A stretch of 64,000 nucleotides of DNA from Octopus vulgaris. Taxonomy: Eukaryota. Within the stretch, counting starts at the first letter, position 1. Each line of letters opens with the position of its first letter. Made by a program: the position numbers and the translations under genes. Where the stretch lies: assembly GCA_951406725.2 (NCBI GenBank), contig OX597814.1, forward strand, positions 149,110,001 through 149,174,000. The letters are read 5' to 3'. Below are positions 38,965 through 51,469 of the stretch, piece by piece. Under the pieces are notes generated by a model. It was not told the origin of the DNA. It worked only from the letters and a program-made list of their open reading frames with translations, and searched no databases.

Positions 38965-39232
38965 TCGTAAATATAACGGAACTGATTTTAGGGGGAGGGT
39001 AAGTCCGCCTCGTCCAAGCAGGGATTCGTTCCAGAAATTTTGCTTATAGAATTGACTAACCATGAAGATTTTCGCCTTCCAGTTGTAGAGAGGTTATGGG
39101 AATTTGGCCATTTCAACCTGGCGAGTCGCCTACACAGCTCAGCGCTCTATATGTGCGAACGCAATGATCACTTCCTGGCCGCCCATAACAGTAATCTTCT
39201 AAATAAATAAATAATGAATATATATATATGTA

Positions 39233-39300
39233 ATGGCGGTGCCCCAGCATGGCCACAGCTCAAGAGCTGAAACTGGAAAACATAAACAAAACATAAACAT
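39233..39300 (+). mobile_element. Solo 3' tail of a CR1/L2-group LINE
   Basis: atggcggtgccccagcatggccacagctc..gagctgaaact matches the reverse complement of 43025-43066, followed by an (aaacat)-type tail. Confidence 0.85.
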
Positions 39301-39304
39301 ATAT

Positions 39305-39347
39305 ATATGTTGATAAGGTTCATTTCAGGAACTGAAACATGTTATAA
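39305..39347 (+). ncRNA. Minimal hammerhead motif with U3:A8 core
   Basis: UUGAUAA-gguuc(auuucag)gaacu-GAAAC-au-GUU, with palindromic stem III ACAUGU. Stem I is imperfect. Confidence 0.55.
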
Positions 39348-39454
39348 TGTATATATAAAAATTAAAAATTGTATAATATAGCAGCATTTTCGAACTTCAT
39401 TTTTTACAAATATATATATATATATATATATATTATGATATGTAGAAAAATACA

Positions 39455-39830
39455 AACTGAGACAAGAACGCATAAAAACTTAGAAGACGATACAACAAAC
39501 ACAGACAGGACATTCGAAGCCCTCAGTCTTCAGTCAAGAACCGGATCATCGTAGTAATTTCGGCTGATTAATCTTGAGATTACTAGAACCGGCCAGCCCT
39601 CCAGGAAAAACTAAGCAACGAGCATTAGAAAAACTAAGCTAGGAGCGTAGATTTCCTGGAAGAAGGATCGAATGCATACGAACACAAGGACAGCAAAACG
39701 GGCGGTGCCACACGAATATAAAAAACAAAAAAACAATAATGAAATACAAAAACGTGAAATACAAAAGCAATAATGGTAAAATCAGCAAGTGTCTTACGAC
39801 TAATAACAGTGTAAACATGTCTGGCTGGCG
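39455..39830 (-). repeat. Unclassified interspersed repeat
   Basis: Partial inverse copy at 4378-4492; internal duplication of aaaaactaagc.a.gagc.t at 39606-39650. Confidence 0.6.
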
Positions 39831-39859
39831 TATTTTGGAAAAATTGTCTTAGCGGCGAA

Positions 39860-40010
39860 TTGCCTTAGCGGCGAACGAGGACAGCGAGAGACCGATAGAA
39901 CAAGTACAAAGCTTACAAAGAATAAGTCCGTTAGTCGATTTGCTAGACTAAAGGCGTGCTCCAGCATGGCCGCAGTCAATTGACTGAAACAAGTAAAAGC
40001 ATAAAAGAGT
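39860..40010 (+). mobile_element. SINE family 1, 3' half
   Basis: gagaccgatagaa...ccagcatggccgcagtcaattgactgaaacaagtaaaag. Confidence 0.85.
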
Positions 40011-40017
40011 ATATATA

Positions 40018-40075
<58 letters not shown>

Positions 40076-40113
40076 TATACACACATGCATATATATATAT
40101 ATATATACATATA

Positions 40114-40181
<68 letters not shown>

Positions 40182-40457
40182 CATATATATATACATATAT
40201 ACATACACATACATACAAACACATATATGTATATGTGTGTACATATGTATATTTGCATACTTATTTCTTTCTATTTATAAGTTTGTGCATCCTAACAAAC
40301 ACGTGTATCGATATATGAACCGATGTATTTATGACTTTTGTATGTATGTATGTATGTATGTATGTATGTATGTATGTATGTATGTAGTATATTTGGTATA
40401 CGTATATGTATATACATACATACATACATACATAGATATGCTGTAAGTTACATATAT

Positions 40458-40815
40458 GTTGGCCTATTCAACAGAAATCAAAAGTATTTTAAATTATTTC
40501 GTACATTGCTACAGCTTCATGGAATAATTTACACAACGGTAATTTTATAACAAAATAAGATTTAAATGATGACATAAAAAAAAGTTATTTTCCTCTCTTT
40601 ATAGGTTGCTTATTCTTGTAAATGTTTAGGTTTTTGTATGTCTGGGTAAAATTCTCTTCATTCTAAAGCCAGACACTGTCTCATAAATTTACTAGCTTGA
40701 TCACAGGTGTGAACATTGAAACCTTTAAAAGCATTGATAAAATATTTTTTGTTTACATCTCTTAGAGTACTGAAATTTCTTCAACTTTAATGCTGAACTG
40801 TATCTTCAAAAGTAT
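40458..40815 (+). repeat. Old ~350-bp repeat, copy 2
   Basis: Shares the same blocks, in the same order, as 32905-33265. Confidence 0.75.
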
Positions 40816-41034
40816 CCATTTATTATTCTTTCCGATGCCTTTTCGTCTGATCATAACCTTTCTTTGTCCTTGTAATTCTGTCATTCTATCTCCCTCCCGC
40901 ATTTACTCATTCTTTGTATCTCTTTCCTTCTCTGTACACAAACGCGCGCGCACGCACACACACACACACACACGCAGCCATATAAATAAATAAATAAATA
41001 AATATATATATATATACACACACACATGTATCCA

Positions 41035-41077
<43 letters not shown>

Positions 41078-41167
41078 TGTGTGTGTGTCTATATTATATA
41101 TATATATGTATATACGTATGTATGCATGCATATGTACACTTATAGACATCTACCATATATACACACA

Positions 41168-41210
<43 letters not shown>

Positions 41211-42780
41211 ATGCGTGCGTGTGTCTATGTATTATATATATGTATATACGTATGTATGTATGCATATATACACTTATACACATACATTTGTATACATACG
41301 TACATATATGTTTTTAACCTGGTCGGGTATGTTCGTATGTAACTCTATGAATCTCTTTTTTCTTTTGAACACAATTGTTGGTAAAAATGTGCCTGTTGTA
41401 ATGTAACCATAGGTTTGCTTAGATAACGATCACCTTTTGAACACATATATTATTTCAAAAGAGAATTCTATTTTAAATTTCCTATCCTCTTATGTTCGAC
41501 TACGATTTAAGGGGCTGGAAGAGCGATAAGCAGCTGGAATTCAAATGTTTTATCTGAAGGTATAATTTCAGGTCGTTTCTTGAAATAATCATAGTAAATT
41601 TCGCTCCCCATTGATATGTTCCCATTTTCTGATAACCGCATATTGAAGAAGAAAGGCTCCAGGCCACCAATTCCAGTTGATTTGCTCACTTGTTTATGGA
41701 ACAGAGAGATTACTGCTACAGAAGCCTTCTAACCAGTGTGTAATTGACCACGAAGTTTCTACTCTGTCCTTGTACTCTATGATCTGTTCTACACGCCAGT
41801 GAACACTGCAGCATATTATTACTTCTTATGCGCCCTTGCCGGTATTACTACATCTTCTAGCAATAAATCAATAAACATCTTCTTCATCTAATATCATTCG
41901 TTAGACCTAAGGAGATTGAGCTGATATTTTGTTATCTTGTCTTGCAATGGTATTTCATATTGATCTATCATCCCAACGCTTAAACTTCAAATAACAATGC
42001 AATTTTAAAGATCGATTTATCCTCACTGCATTTCAAATTCGCAAAGTCATCAGGGTTAGTTTTTCAAATATGCTTCTTGTTTTCTTTTTTTCTATATGTG
42101 CTTCAATAAATACATTTTTTTTTTCTTTTTACATTGCAACTTCCTATGACCATTTTATTGTGAACGAAGTAAGTCAGTCATAACAATTGCTTTAAGCTAC
42201 TAATAGAATTATTATATAGTGACGTTGCTGAGGATGAAAGCTATCTGTAAATCTGTAGTGTATTATACAAGTCATAATACCAATACATTAGTAATTTGAT
42301 ATAAAGATATATAAACATAACTTTGATATGCAGCTTATCAGTCTAATTGATTGTAAAAATGTGAGCTTACAGACATGTCATGCTTAAAACACCAGCAGTT
42401 ACTCTCATGGAAAATCTAGCCATTGTAAATATTGACTCTTTTGAAAACAACGGATCAAGTATTTCACAGTAGCTGTTTATTCCATTTTACTCTGACAGAG
42501 AAGACATCATTAAAGACGTTAGGTCCATGAGTGTAATATTTGTTGTGCGCATGCGATATAGCTAGCACCACTGCTAAATCTAACGAGGCTGGCATTTTCA
42601 AACTCTCTCAAAAAGACCAAGAGAAGTAAAGAGCAAGATCCCCGGCTCAGTATAGCCGCAGGTTTTATATACGAGTTATCCTTCCCATAGTGAGATGCCT
42701 TAGCGTAGACCAGAGTCTCCAACTCTCAATCGGCTTGCTGCGTCCCCAGTTACTAGTTCAAGTATTTCTAAGTCCTGTCA

Positions 42781-42816
<36 letters not shown>

Positions 42817-42990
42817 AGAGGAAAATGCTAGGCAGTCAACCAAATTACCGAACATATACATGAAGATATTCAATCAATGTAATTTAATCATATACATTTA
42901 TACACATCAACATAAATCATGCATGCATAGGCGTAAAGATTCGCCAAGGGTATAAAGGAAACAACCAAACATACGTAAAAGTATAGGAGA

Positions 42991-43022
<32 letters not shown>

Positions 43023-43090
43023 CTAGTTTCAGCTTATGAGCTGTGGCCATGCTGGGGCACCGCCATTTGGTGTTGCTACTTGGTTTCACT

Positions 43091-46087
43091 TCATGGAGGC
43101 TTTCTAGCAACTGCTATTTGGTGCATGAGAGAGTTCGATGCAGCTGCCCTCATCTGCCCCTCCTGCCGTGAAGTTGGTTCATCTGGGACACCTGACAGGA
43201 AGAGATCCAGCTTCATTTTAAAGACATCTGTATCCACCCCATGCAGGTCTCTCAGGTTCTTCGGGAGGATATTGAAGAGCTGTGGGCCTCGGAAGCCCAG
43301 GCTATCACAGAATCTTGTCCTACATCTTGATGGCAGGTTTGGAGTCCTAGGCACCACGCAGTGGCGCCCAGTTCTGGCATTTGCGTAACTCTCGATGCCA
43401 AAGTTCAGGACACTTCCCTCCAGGATCTTCCAGATGTATATTATGGCATATCTTTCCCGCCTACGCTCCAGGGAATATAATTTTAATCTCTTGAGTCTTT
43501 CCCAGTAGCTTACATTCTGCATAGAGGCTATCTTCTTCGTGTAGCTTCGTTGGATCGCCTCAAGTTCTGTGATCAACTTGACACTGGATGGTGACCATAG
43601 CTGAGAGCAATAGTCAAAGTGGCTTAGGACAAGTGTCTTCCAGAGGACCATCATGGTTTCTTGTTCTCTTGTTCTAAAGGTTCTAAGAATCCATCCAGCC
43701 AGCCGTCTACATTTCATTGTCAGTTTAGCAACATGTACATGAAAGGTCGCGTCATCACTCATGTGAATACCCAGGTCACGCACTGATTGTGCCTCTGGGA
43801 TTGCAATCCCTCCGGGTCCAGTGTATTCATTGGGTATTGCATTCAGTTTTGCATGCTGATAGTATAAAGCTTGAAACTTTCCAGCATTGAACTGCATGCT
43901 ATTCTTTTCAGCCCACTTGTATATTTCGTCCAGCTCACATTGCAGGTGTTTAGTGTCCTCAGGGTTCTGTATTGCCTGTGAAACTTTTGTATCATCTGCA
44001 TAACTTGTGATCGTGGCTCTCTGCGTGGCTGAGGGCATGTCTGAGAGGGCCATTATGAACAGTAGTGGTCCCAGAACAGTGCCCTGCGGAACACCGCTCA
44101 CTATTTGTGTGTTAATGGAGGTGGCCCCATTGGCTACTACCACCTGACTTCTATCCTTCAGAAAGTCATGAAGCCATTCTCCCAGTTTTCCAACTATGTT
44201 GAGATCACGCAGTTTGTGACATATCATTCCATGATCGACTTTATCAAAGGCCTTTGCAAAGTCGAGATATATCACTTCCACATTTGAGTGGTTGAGCAGC
44301 CGTTTCAGCACCCAGTCATAGTGTTGTAGGAGCTGAGTTAAACAGCTTCTCCCTGGTCGGAAACCATGTTGGGTGTCGGGCAGCAAGTCATTCTCTTCAA
44401 GGAAGGTGATCAGCTTCCTTCTGACTATTCGTTCCATGACCTTGCTGATGTGTGAGGTCAGAGAGATAGGTCTATAGTTCTTGGCTTCCGCTCTGCTACC
44501 TCCTTTATGAATGGGGCATATTTTACCTTCCTTCAGTTTTCCTGGAAGTTTGCCAGCTGCAAGGAAGCTCTGAAAGAGGAACTGCAGTGGTCTTGCTAGG
44601 ACTCTCTTACATGCTTTTAGGAGGATTGCCGGGAATCCATCGGGGCCAGTAGCTGAGTCTGTTTTCATTTCATCTATAGCCTTGGTTACATCGTCTTCCT
44701 TTATATCGATGTAATCTATCGTTGCCGCCTCTGATTTTATATCTGCAGTGGTCAAAAAGTCAGTTGGATTGGTGATTTGGAGATGCCCAAGGGGTGGAGT
44801 GAAAACACTCTTGAATTGCTCATTCAGTATTTCACTTACCCTCATTGGTTTTCCTGTAAGTGTGCCATCCTTTTCGAGGAGTGGCCCTATTCTACAGTGC
44901 ACTGTAGCTGTTTCTTTGGCATACCTGTAGAAAGCTCTGGGGTTAGATTTTATGTTTTCTATAGCCCAGGCTTCTTTGTCTGCTCTTTCTTATTCATGGG
45001 AGAGTTGCAGACATTTTTCGATTTCCAACAGTTTTATTTTTAGGCGGGACTTTTCACTGCTTTCAATCTGTTTGTTTAGGCGATTTGAAAATTTCGTACG
45101 CCGTCTCATTAAAATTTTCCTCTCTCTGGGGATTTTGTTCTTGTGTACAGTGGCCTTTCTCTCTGGGACACATTTGTAGCATATGGCTTGCATTACAGAC
45201 ATGAATTGTTGGAGTTTCACGTCGATGTCTGGCGAGGAGAGACATTTAGGCCAGTTTTGTTTGAGGATCTCTTTCTCAATTTGTTTCCAGTTTGCCTTAT
45301 GGTAGTTCAAGCTGGAAAGATTTTGAGGGTTTCTTGTAGGCTGCATGTCCGTGCTCTCTTTTGGCCCGTACATGGTCAGCTCTATCATGTTGTGATCCGA
45401 GAGTAGTGTCGGTGTCACTTTCACATTATGGATGAGATCCATGTCATTTGTGAAGCAGAGATCCAGTGTGTTACCTGCCCTGGTTGGTTGGAGTATTACC
45501 TGCTCCATGTACAGGGTGTTGATGAGGTTCAGGAGGGACCTCGCCTGTCCTCGTTCACATCTTGTCATTCCTGGGAGTGAAAGGCCCTCGGGCCATCTGA
45601 CATTGGGCAGATTGAAGTCTCCCATAAGAAGCACACCTATGTGTTGTTCCAATGTGGTTAGAATTTCTTCTATTTTTATAAGGCAGTCTTCAAACTTGCC
45701 CACATGGCTTGGGGCATCTGGAGGGCGATATGTAGCACACACAACTACATCAAGTTGCCTAATATGTACAATTAGTGTGTCACACACCGAGTTTGAGTAT
45801 GACAAGAGGACCTGGGGTGTGAGGTCCTCACGGATGTACATAGCAACACCTCCATGACTCCTTTCTTTCCTGTCGGTCCGTAGTACAGCATACTGTGGTA
45901 TGTGTAACTCCGCATCTGCTATGTCCGGTTTCAGGTGCGTTTCTGTAAGTGCTATGCATATGGCTTGATTGCATGCAACAAAGTCTCTCAGGAACGGGAT
46001 CTTTGTCCTGTTACTGAGTGTTTGCAGTCCTCTGATGTTCAGTAGGAGTATCGAGGTGAGGTGTACGTTGTTGCCGGCGGTGTCCAT
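43091..46087 (-). pseudogene. LINE ORF2, APE endonuclease plus reverse transcriptase, single in-frame stop at 44990-44992
   Basis: APE motifs LNIRGL, ETHL, GGVA, GDFN, LDL, SDH. RT motifs GPDG, YRPISL, QHGFR, LDFAKAFD, GVPQGTVLGPLLF, YADD, DLG. The two track ORFs (44990-46195 and 43091-44902) are in the same frame. Confidence 0.93.
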
Positions 46088-46680
46088 CCTGTGTCTGTTT
46101 GCTGTGGTGGTCTGGTATATAGTGGGTAGTCCCACCTGCGGGCTTGGGTTTGATGAAGCCAGGTCAGCTGCTGTACAATCTTTTGTGCCATGCACAAAAA
46201 AGATTGTTGCTCAGCAGCTGCTCTTTCGACAACATCATGTTGGCTGTTTGTGGCGCGCACAACATCTGCGTACCTCCGCTTTGGGGCAGGTGGTGCGTGG
46301 TCCATCCCTTTTCTTTGTGTTGATGGTTTGTCCATCTGCCTCGTGTCTCTGTGGCAGGGTCCCCGATGTGCAAAGCGGCAGCCTGCACCTTCCTTTCCAT
46401 GCCAGCAGGAACCTCTCAGGTAGAACATACACACCCGTGTGCGCTGTTTGGTTCCATCCTTTGCGGTTCCACTTCTATTCCTGGTTGTTTCACTCTTTGG
46501 TCCTGCTTGAGCTTTTTCTTTTCCTTTAGCTCTTCCAGTCCTTCTTTTAGTTCTTCTTCCTCCCTCTAACTCTTCACCGCGTTCTCCGTCTCCATGGCCC
46601 TTGCTGCCGGTTGGAGAACTTGCACCTGGGTTCACTTCCCGGGCAGGTTTCTCATTCAAAACCTCCTCCCGGGCGTCCAC
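46039..46680 (-). CDS. LINE ORF1 (probably 5'-truncated) with CCCH zinc finger
   Basis: CMFYLRGSCWHGKEGAGCRFAH (C-x7-C-x8-C-x3-H), a basic N-terminal region, and overlap with the start of ORF2. Confidence 0.8.
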   Translation of the reverse strand: MDAREEVLNEKPAREVNPGASSPTGSKGHGDGERGEELEGGRRTKRRTGRAKGKEKAQAGPKSETTRNRSGTAKDGTKQRTRVCMFYLRGSCWHGKEGAGCRFAHRGPCHRDTRQMDKPSTQRKGMDHAPPAPKRRYADVVRATNSQHDVVERAAAEQQSFLCMAQKIVQQLTWLHQTQARRWDYPLYTRPPQQTDTGWTPPATTYTSPRYSY

Positions 46681-47484
46681 CAGGTGGGGGTGACTTCTAT
46701 ATATATATATATATAGTTAAATGAAGCTTAACATTCTTAGGGTGAGAGAGTAAAGCACAACATGTATTCAATTGAAATTTTAACCATATGACGAAATGAT
46801 ATTAACCTGAATAAAAATTACTCCCAAAAGAGGCAAGGGAGAGAACTCCCGTAATTTCAATTGACCAAATATTAATTTCCTATATGCAGAGAGTATAACC
46901 TGACACTTCGAAGACATTTAGATGCAAACTACTTTAAGATGTGAGATGAAAATAAATTTTTAGAATGTGACTTGAACAAAAATTAATTCGTGACGTAAAG
47001 AAGCCGATTGGTTTAGAGCTACAGTAGCAATCATGACAACACTAGAGATAGTTCAGTTTTATTTAATCTCGAATGCTAAGCATAGGCCACAAACTGATAA
47101 GCATTATTTTATTTTAATGAATTAGAGAATCATTTATTTGAATGGCTTTATGTATTAATCTTCATAAGATCTCGGTTGCTTTGACAGGATTACGTTCATC
47201 TGAGGATGGCTAAGAAACTCAAAGCAAGTAAGAATTTACCACCATACCATCCAAAGACTTAACTCACTCTTTATTTTCCTGCATGTCTTTCATTGGTTTC
47301 TTATCTATTAAAATTTAATTTGATCTGTCCCTTGTACGTCATTAGGGGTAAGTTTCTCTATCGCTTATAAATATCCCCACATTACGGCTTTCATTGATCA
47401 GTGTTTATTTCCAGTTTACGAAAGATAGAGTCATTGAAAGTTAAGCTGTCATTAATACCTTGCAAGGAAGCAGAATCAATATAA

Positions 47485-47655
47485 GTTAAAAATTTTGGTA
47501 CAAGTCCAGCAATTTCGCGGGAAGGAAATCGCTGACCGTGTACCAAAGATTTGCGGGCTCGATAAATTAAGTAGCAGTTGCGTACTGCGGTCGATATAAT
47601 TGACTGGTCTCATCCCCTAAATATTCGGGCCTTGTGCTTAGAGAAGAAAAGAATA
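47485..47655 (+). mobile_element. Family-2 SINE fragments
   Basis: tcgataaattaagtagcagttgcgtactg.ggtcgat...gggccttgtg. Confidence 0.65.
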
Positions 47656-49187
47656 TCAATGTGTCGTACCTTATATTCTGTCTTATTAGACCCAAAGTGC
47701 TGTAATGTACCACACGTAACAAACAAGTCTAATAGACATAACGTGTGGAATTTCGAGGTTCAGACTTCCCGGGTGTCCTTATGAATGTCTAGCAAATATT
47801 TATAGAACTGGTCTCTCAGACTATGACCGGTTTTGTGTGCTCAGTCGTCCTTAAGATGTTATGACACGTTGAATATTATGGCATAGCACCTGAAAATATA
47901 AGGCAGTTATATGTAATTAGGTAAGGTTGTAAATATAAAACAAAACAGAGCTACTGAAGGACATAAAGAATAATTTCTAATTTAGGCATAAGACAAGCAA
48001 TTTGGAAACAGATTAATCGATGAAATGGGCAAAAGAATTTGAATGGTACTGTATTTCATCAATTGCCAATGGATGAAAGATGAAAATAACATCGAAATGA
48101 AGAATTATTTTGAGCTTAAATGTTATTGCATTCATATGCAAAACAGACGTCTATAGCTACCAATATTTGGTTACTATTTGCGTGAAATTTACTAGTGTTT
48201 TGAGATAGATTACTTTAAACTAGAGTTAACAACTAGATATAAACCTTTTTGTAACAGTAATGTTGATGCATTTACGATGTTTAGTAATCTTTGTTCTGTT
48301 TCTCAGCTTATTTTATTGCTTTTTTTATGCGAAAACCGTCCACGTATTTTGAGTTTTGTTCCTGGGTTGTATGGATACTGCTTCCGTGATGAATAAATAT
48401 TCACTAGCTTCTGTTTATTATTGGAGTAAATTGGATAGGAGCTGTCATGTTACATAAATCTCTGTAAGTTTAATAAAAATAACATATATATATTGTCATA
48501 TCAACTATACACCTATGAATATATCTCCTTCATGTTTGGGAAGTAATACAATTCGCTATACCAAAATTTGTCAACGGATGCCTATATAATGTAAATTTAT
48601 GTAACTTGTATAGATGCATGATGTGGTTTAAACTAAAGCAATGTTAAATGCAGGTTTCGATGAAACTGTAGGCCGAAATTTTTAGTAGATTGTCTTTTCA
48701 CAGTTTCGTTCTTATAACTCTGAATACCAATTGCAATTGTATATACTGCCGTTATACCGCATTCAATTAGAGATTTATTCTGATTTATCACCATAATCAC
48801 GACAGAAGAAAATTCCTTTGGGATAGCATAATACTCCTTCACAAATCTAGAAATATAATGATCGATAAAATTATAGGTGATAATTTAAACAGAGAAAGTA
48901 AACAAAGCGAAATCGATTTATGTATTGTTTGTAAACAACTTGAACTTGGTTGTTAAGCAACAGGTTTCTTTGCGTCTGTGAGCAGTATTTTTCTCTTACC
49001 GAGCGTATGATGTGGTGGCTGGTAAAACGGTTCTTTCTTTACGTTAATTATTTTATTAAAACCTTGAGAACTTAAGTAAAATACTTGGAAAAATGGGAAC
49101 GGTAAGCTATACTTACTTCTATCACCAAGAATGAACACATTCGTTATTAAAATAATTGAATTCCTGAACATATTGATCACTTTCTAC

Positions 49188-49336
49188 TAGGGGTGGACTG
49201 AGCTGTCAGCGAATCGGGCACTGCCTGAGGGCCCGGAACTCTGAGCGGCCTGCAGTCTACATGTTAACTTATCAATGCTAAGGGGCCCGGTAAACAGTTA
49301 TACACGAGGGCCCTTAATACTCTCAGTCCGCCTCTG
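49188..49336. mobile_element. 149-bp hAT-type MITE
   Basis: 15-bp imperfect TIRs (taggggtggactgag / ctcagtccgcctctg), 8-bp TSD ctttctac/ctttccac, three internal gggccc motifs. Confidence 0.85.
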
Positions 49337-50555
49337 CTTTCCACTCATATTTAGAACACTCCATCATAATGCAGTGTTTTAACGAGGAAGCTTCTGTGCG
49401 ATGGTCCAAGCTGCTTAAATTACTAACCAAATTGTTATTCTTAAGAAATAATTTGATTTAGAGTAGATAAAGTAGTACCAGATATATCGTGTCTAAAAAG
49501 ATAAATGTTATGGATAGTTTATTTAGAATCACAGCTCTAATGGATCAGGATTGTCATAGAACTAAAGCAAAAATGCCTAAAACAATACAGTTGTTGTTGC
49601 TTATTCTCACTTGGTCCTACTGAAAAGGCCTATGATTGGCGCTTTTGCAATAATCATGTCCATATATTACTGTTATAGTGTACTCCATGCTACATTATAC
49701 AATGTGCTCATTTGTTAATGATGACATGGTATATTCAAGGTAATATGTACACTAATTGAAGCGGATAATGCAAACGAGGAGATGCTTCCTTGTTGGCTTG
49801 GGGACGTATTGAAGTAAACATTCATGTCATTATGAAAACCAAACCATGTCTTTTATAAGAAAATTTGAACGAAAACATTACCGTAGTAACAACGTCTTCT
49901 ATCTTCCTTATATGTTTTCTAAGATCTAGATAAATAATACAAGTATTTTACTACAAGTATTTTACTTATTTTTGATAGAAAAAAAACGTGGTAAGGTACC
50001 TTATTTCATTGATCTCTCTCCTTGGCATATTGACGAGAATTTAGCAGTCAGTTAATGGTTGGATGAACAATTAAATGAGTCTTTATCGGTGAAATGTTTA
50101 CGCCAACGGCAGGCAAACAATTGAGTGGAAATTCAACATAAGAAGCTTAAAGCTTTCAATGCATTTCCTTTAAATTTATCGATATTTCTACTAATCTAGC
50201 AGAACCCTAATTATTCAGTTTGCTCATCGAGAAATTTGAAGCTAAAACCATATGACATTTTACTCCCTATCAACTGATTTACAGATCTTTGTAGCAGATC
50301 AAATATATTTGCTTAATCATTCGTTTCTACAGCTTTCTTTCATTCGGTTCCTTTTCATTCTTTCTATATTACTTTTTTCTTTCTCCCTGATTTCGTTCTT
50401 ACTAATTTCTTTCACCACATATTTCGTTCGTACAAATCGGCCCCGTGCGGTTGAATGGCTCTTTCAGCGCATTTCTTTCGCCATTATTCGAGATATCTTA
50501 TTCGCCATTTTGGCAGCTGAGACCATGAAATATTTGCATGACACTCTATAAAAAA

Positions 50556-50589
<34 letters not shown>

Positions 50590-50737
50590 TCTTTTCTCTC
50601 CCGTCTCTCTCTCTCTCTCTCTCTCTCTGTATATATATACAGTTAATCCAAAATAGAAAGCACAAAAAACACAACAACGCGAGGACGTGGAACAAATATA
50701 GTATTATTGGACGCTCAGGAAAGAAGGAAAGAAGGAG

Positions 50738-50774
50738 GGATTAACGTTTCGAGCGGAGCTCTTCGTCGGAAACA
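50738..50774 (-). ncRNA. Minimal hammerhead-like motif (C at position 4) within a ~190-bp repeat (50640-50830)
   Basis: Minus strand reads uguuu-CCGACGA-a-gagc(ucc)gcuc-GAAAC-GUU-aauc, with palindrome AACGUU. Confidence 0.55.
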
Positions 50775-50879
50775 TAGGAGAAGGAAAGATCCAGAGAAGG
50801 GAAGACAGAGGAAAAAAAATCGCCAACAGTACACACGCGTTCACACACACACAAAAACAGACACACATATATATTTGTA

Positions 50880-51410
50880 TATGACCAATTACCATCCATA
50901 TTACCTGGAAAGATAACGTTCCCACACAGAAATTATCCACCAAGCAGGAATGTCCAGCATTGATGCCATCAACTAACGCTGCCTTCTGAGATGGGTCGGC
51001 CACGTTATCACAATGCCTGGTGATCGTCACCACGAAATGGTCTTCTACAGAGAGCTATCCACCGGTGTCGCCCTGACGAGGGACCCAAGAAGCGTTTCAG
51101 AGACCGTCTTAAGTTTGTCCTCAATCACGAAACATTCTGAGGACTTTTCTCGGAACCTGGTGCTTCCTCTGCAACGAAGAAGCTGCACGCTTTGAACTAA
51201 TCCGACATCAGAAACTTGGGGAAAAAAGACGTGAACGTCATCTCAGACTCACCAACAATATAATGGGCAACTTCCCTTGACATCTATGTTCAAGGACGTA
51301 CCATTCCAGGATCGGACTGTTTTCCCATGTATCAACTCAAAAAGTGTAGGATAAGACTCTTAGAGGACAACATCGTCATCAATAATGTAGGACAGCTATA
51401 AGCAAGTAAG
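50880..51410 (+). mobile_element. RTE-clade LINE 3' fragment, decayed
   Basis: ITWKD.V, LRWVGHV.TMP.DR...VFY.ELS.G, PKKRF.D.LK, terminal SRIGLFSH and a (taagca)-like tail. Confidence 0.8.
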
Positions 51411-51469
51411 CACACACACATACACACACAGATAGGTATCCATAAAGGGCTTAGACGACACGTCATACT

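Larger units (their letters stand above)
42993..46697 (-). mobile_element. Near-complete CR1/L2-group LINE (ORF1 plus APE-RT ORF2, (ATCA)n tail)
   Basis: Two overlapping ORFs and a very short 3' UTR with stem-loop. (ttga)n at 42993-43022; the 5' end abuts (TA)n. Confidence 0.95.

Noticed and set aside
41507-41980. Coding-like minus-strand stretch (STGIGGLEPFFFN...)
   Set aside because: Short and interrupted, with no recognisable family.
43017-46569. Plus-strand ORFs over the LINE
   Set aside because: Antisense shadows of ORF1 and ORF2.
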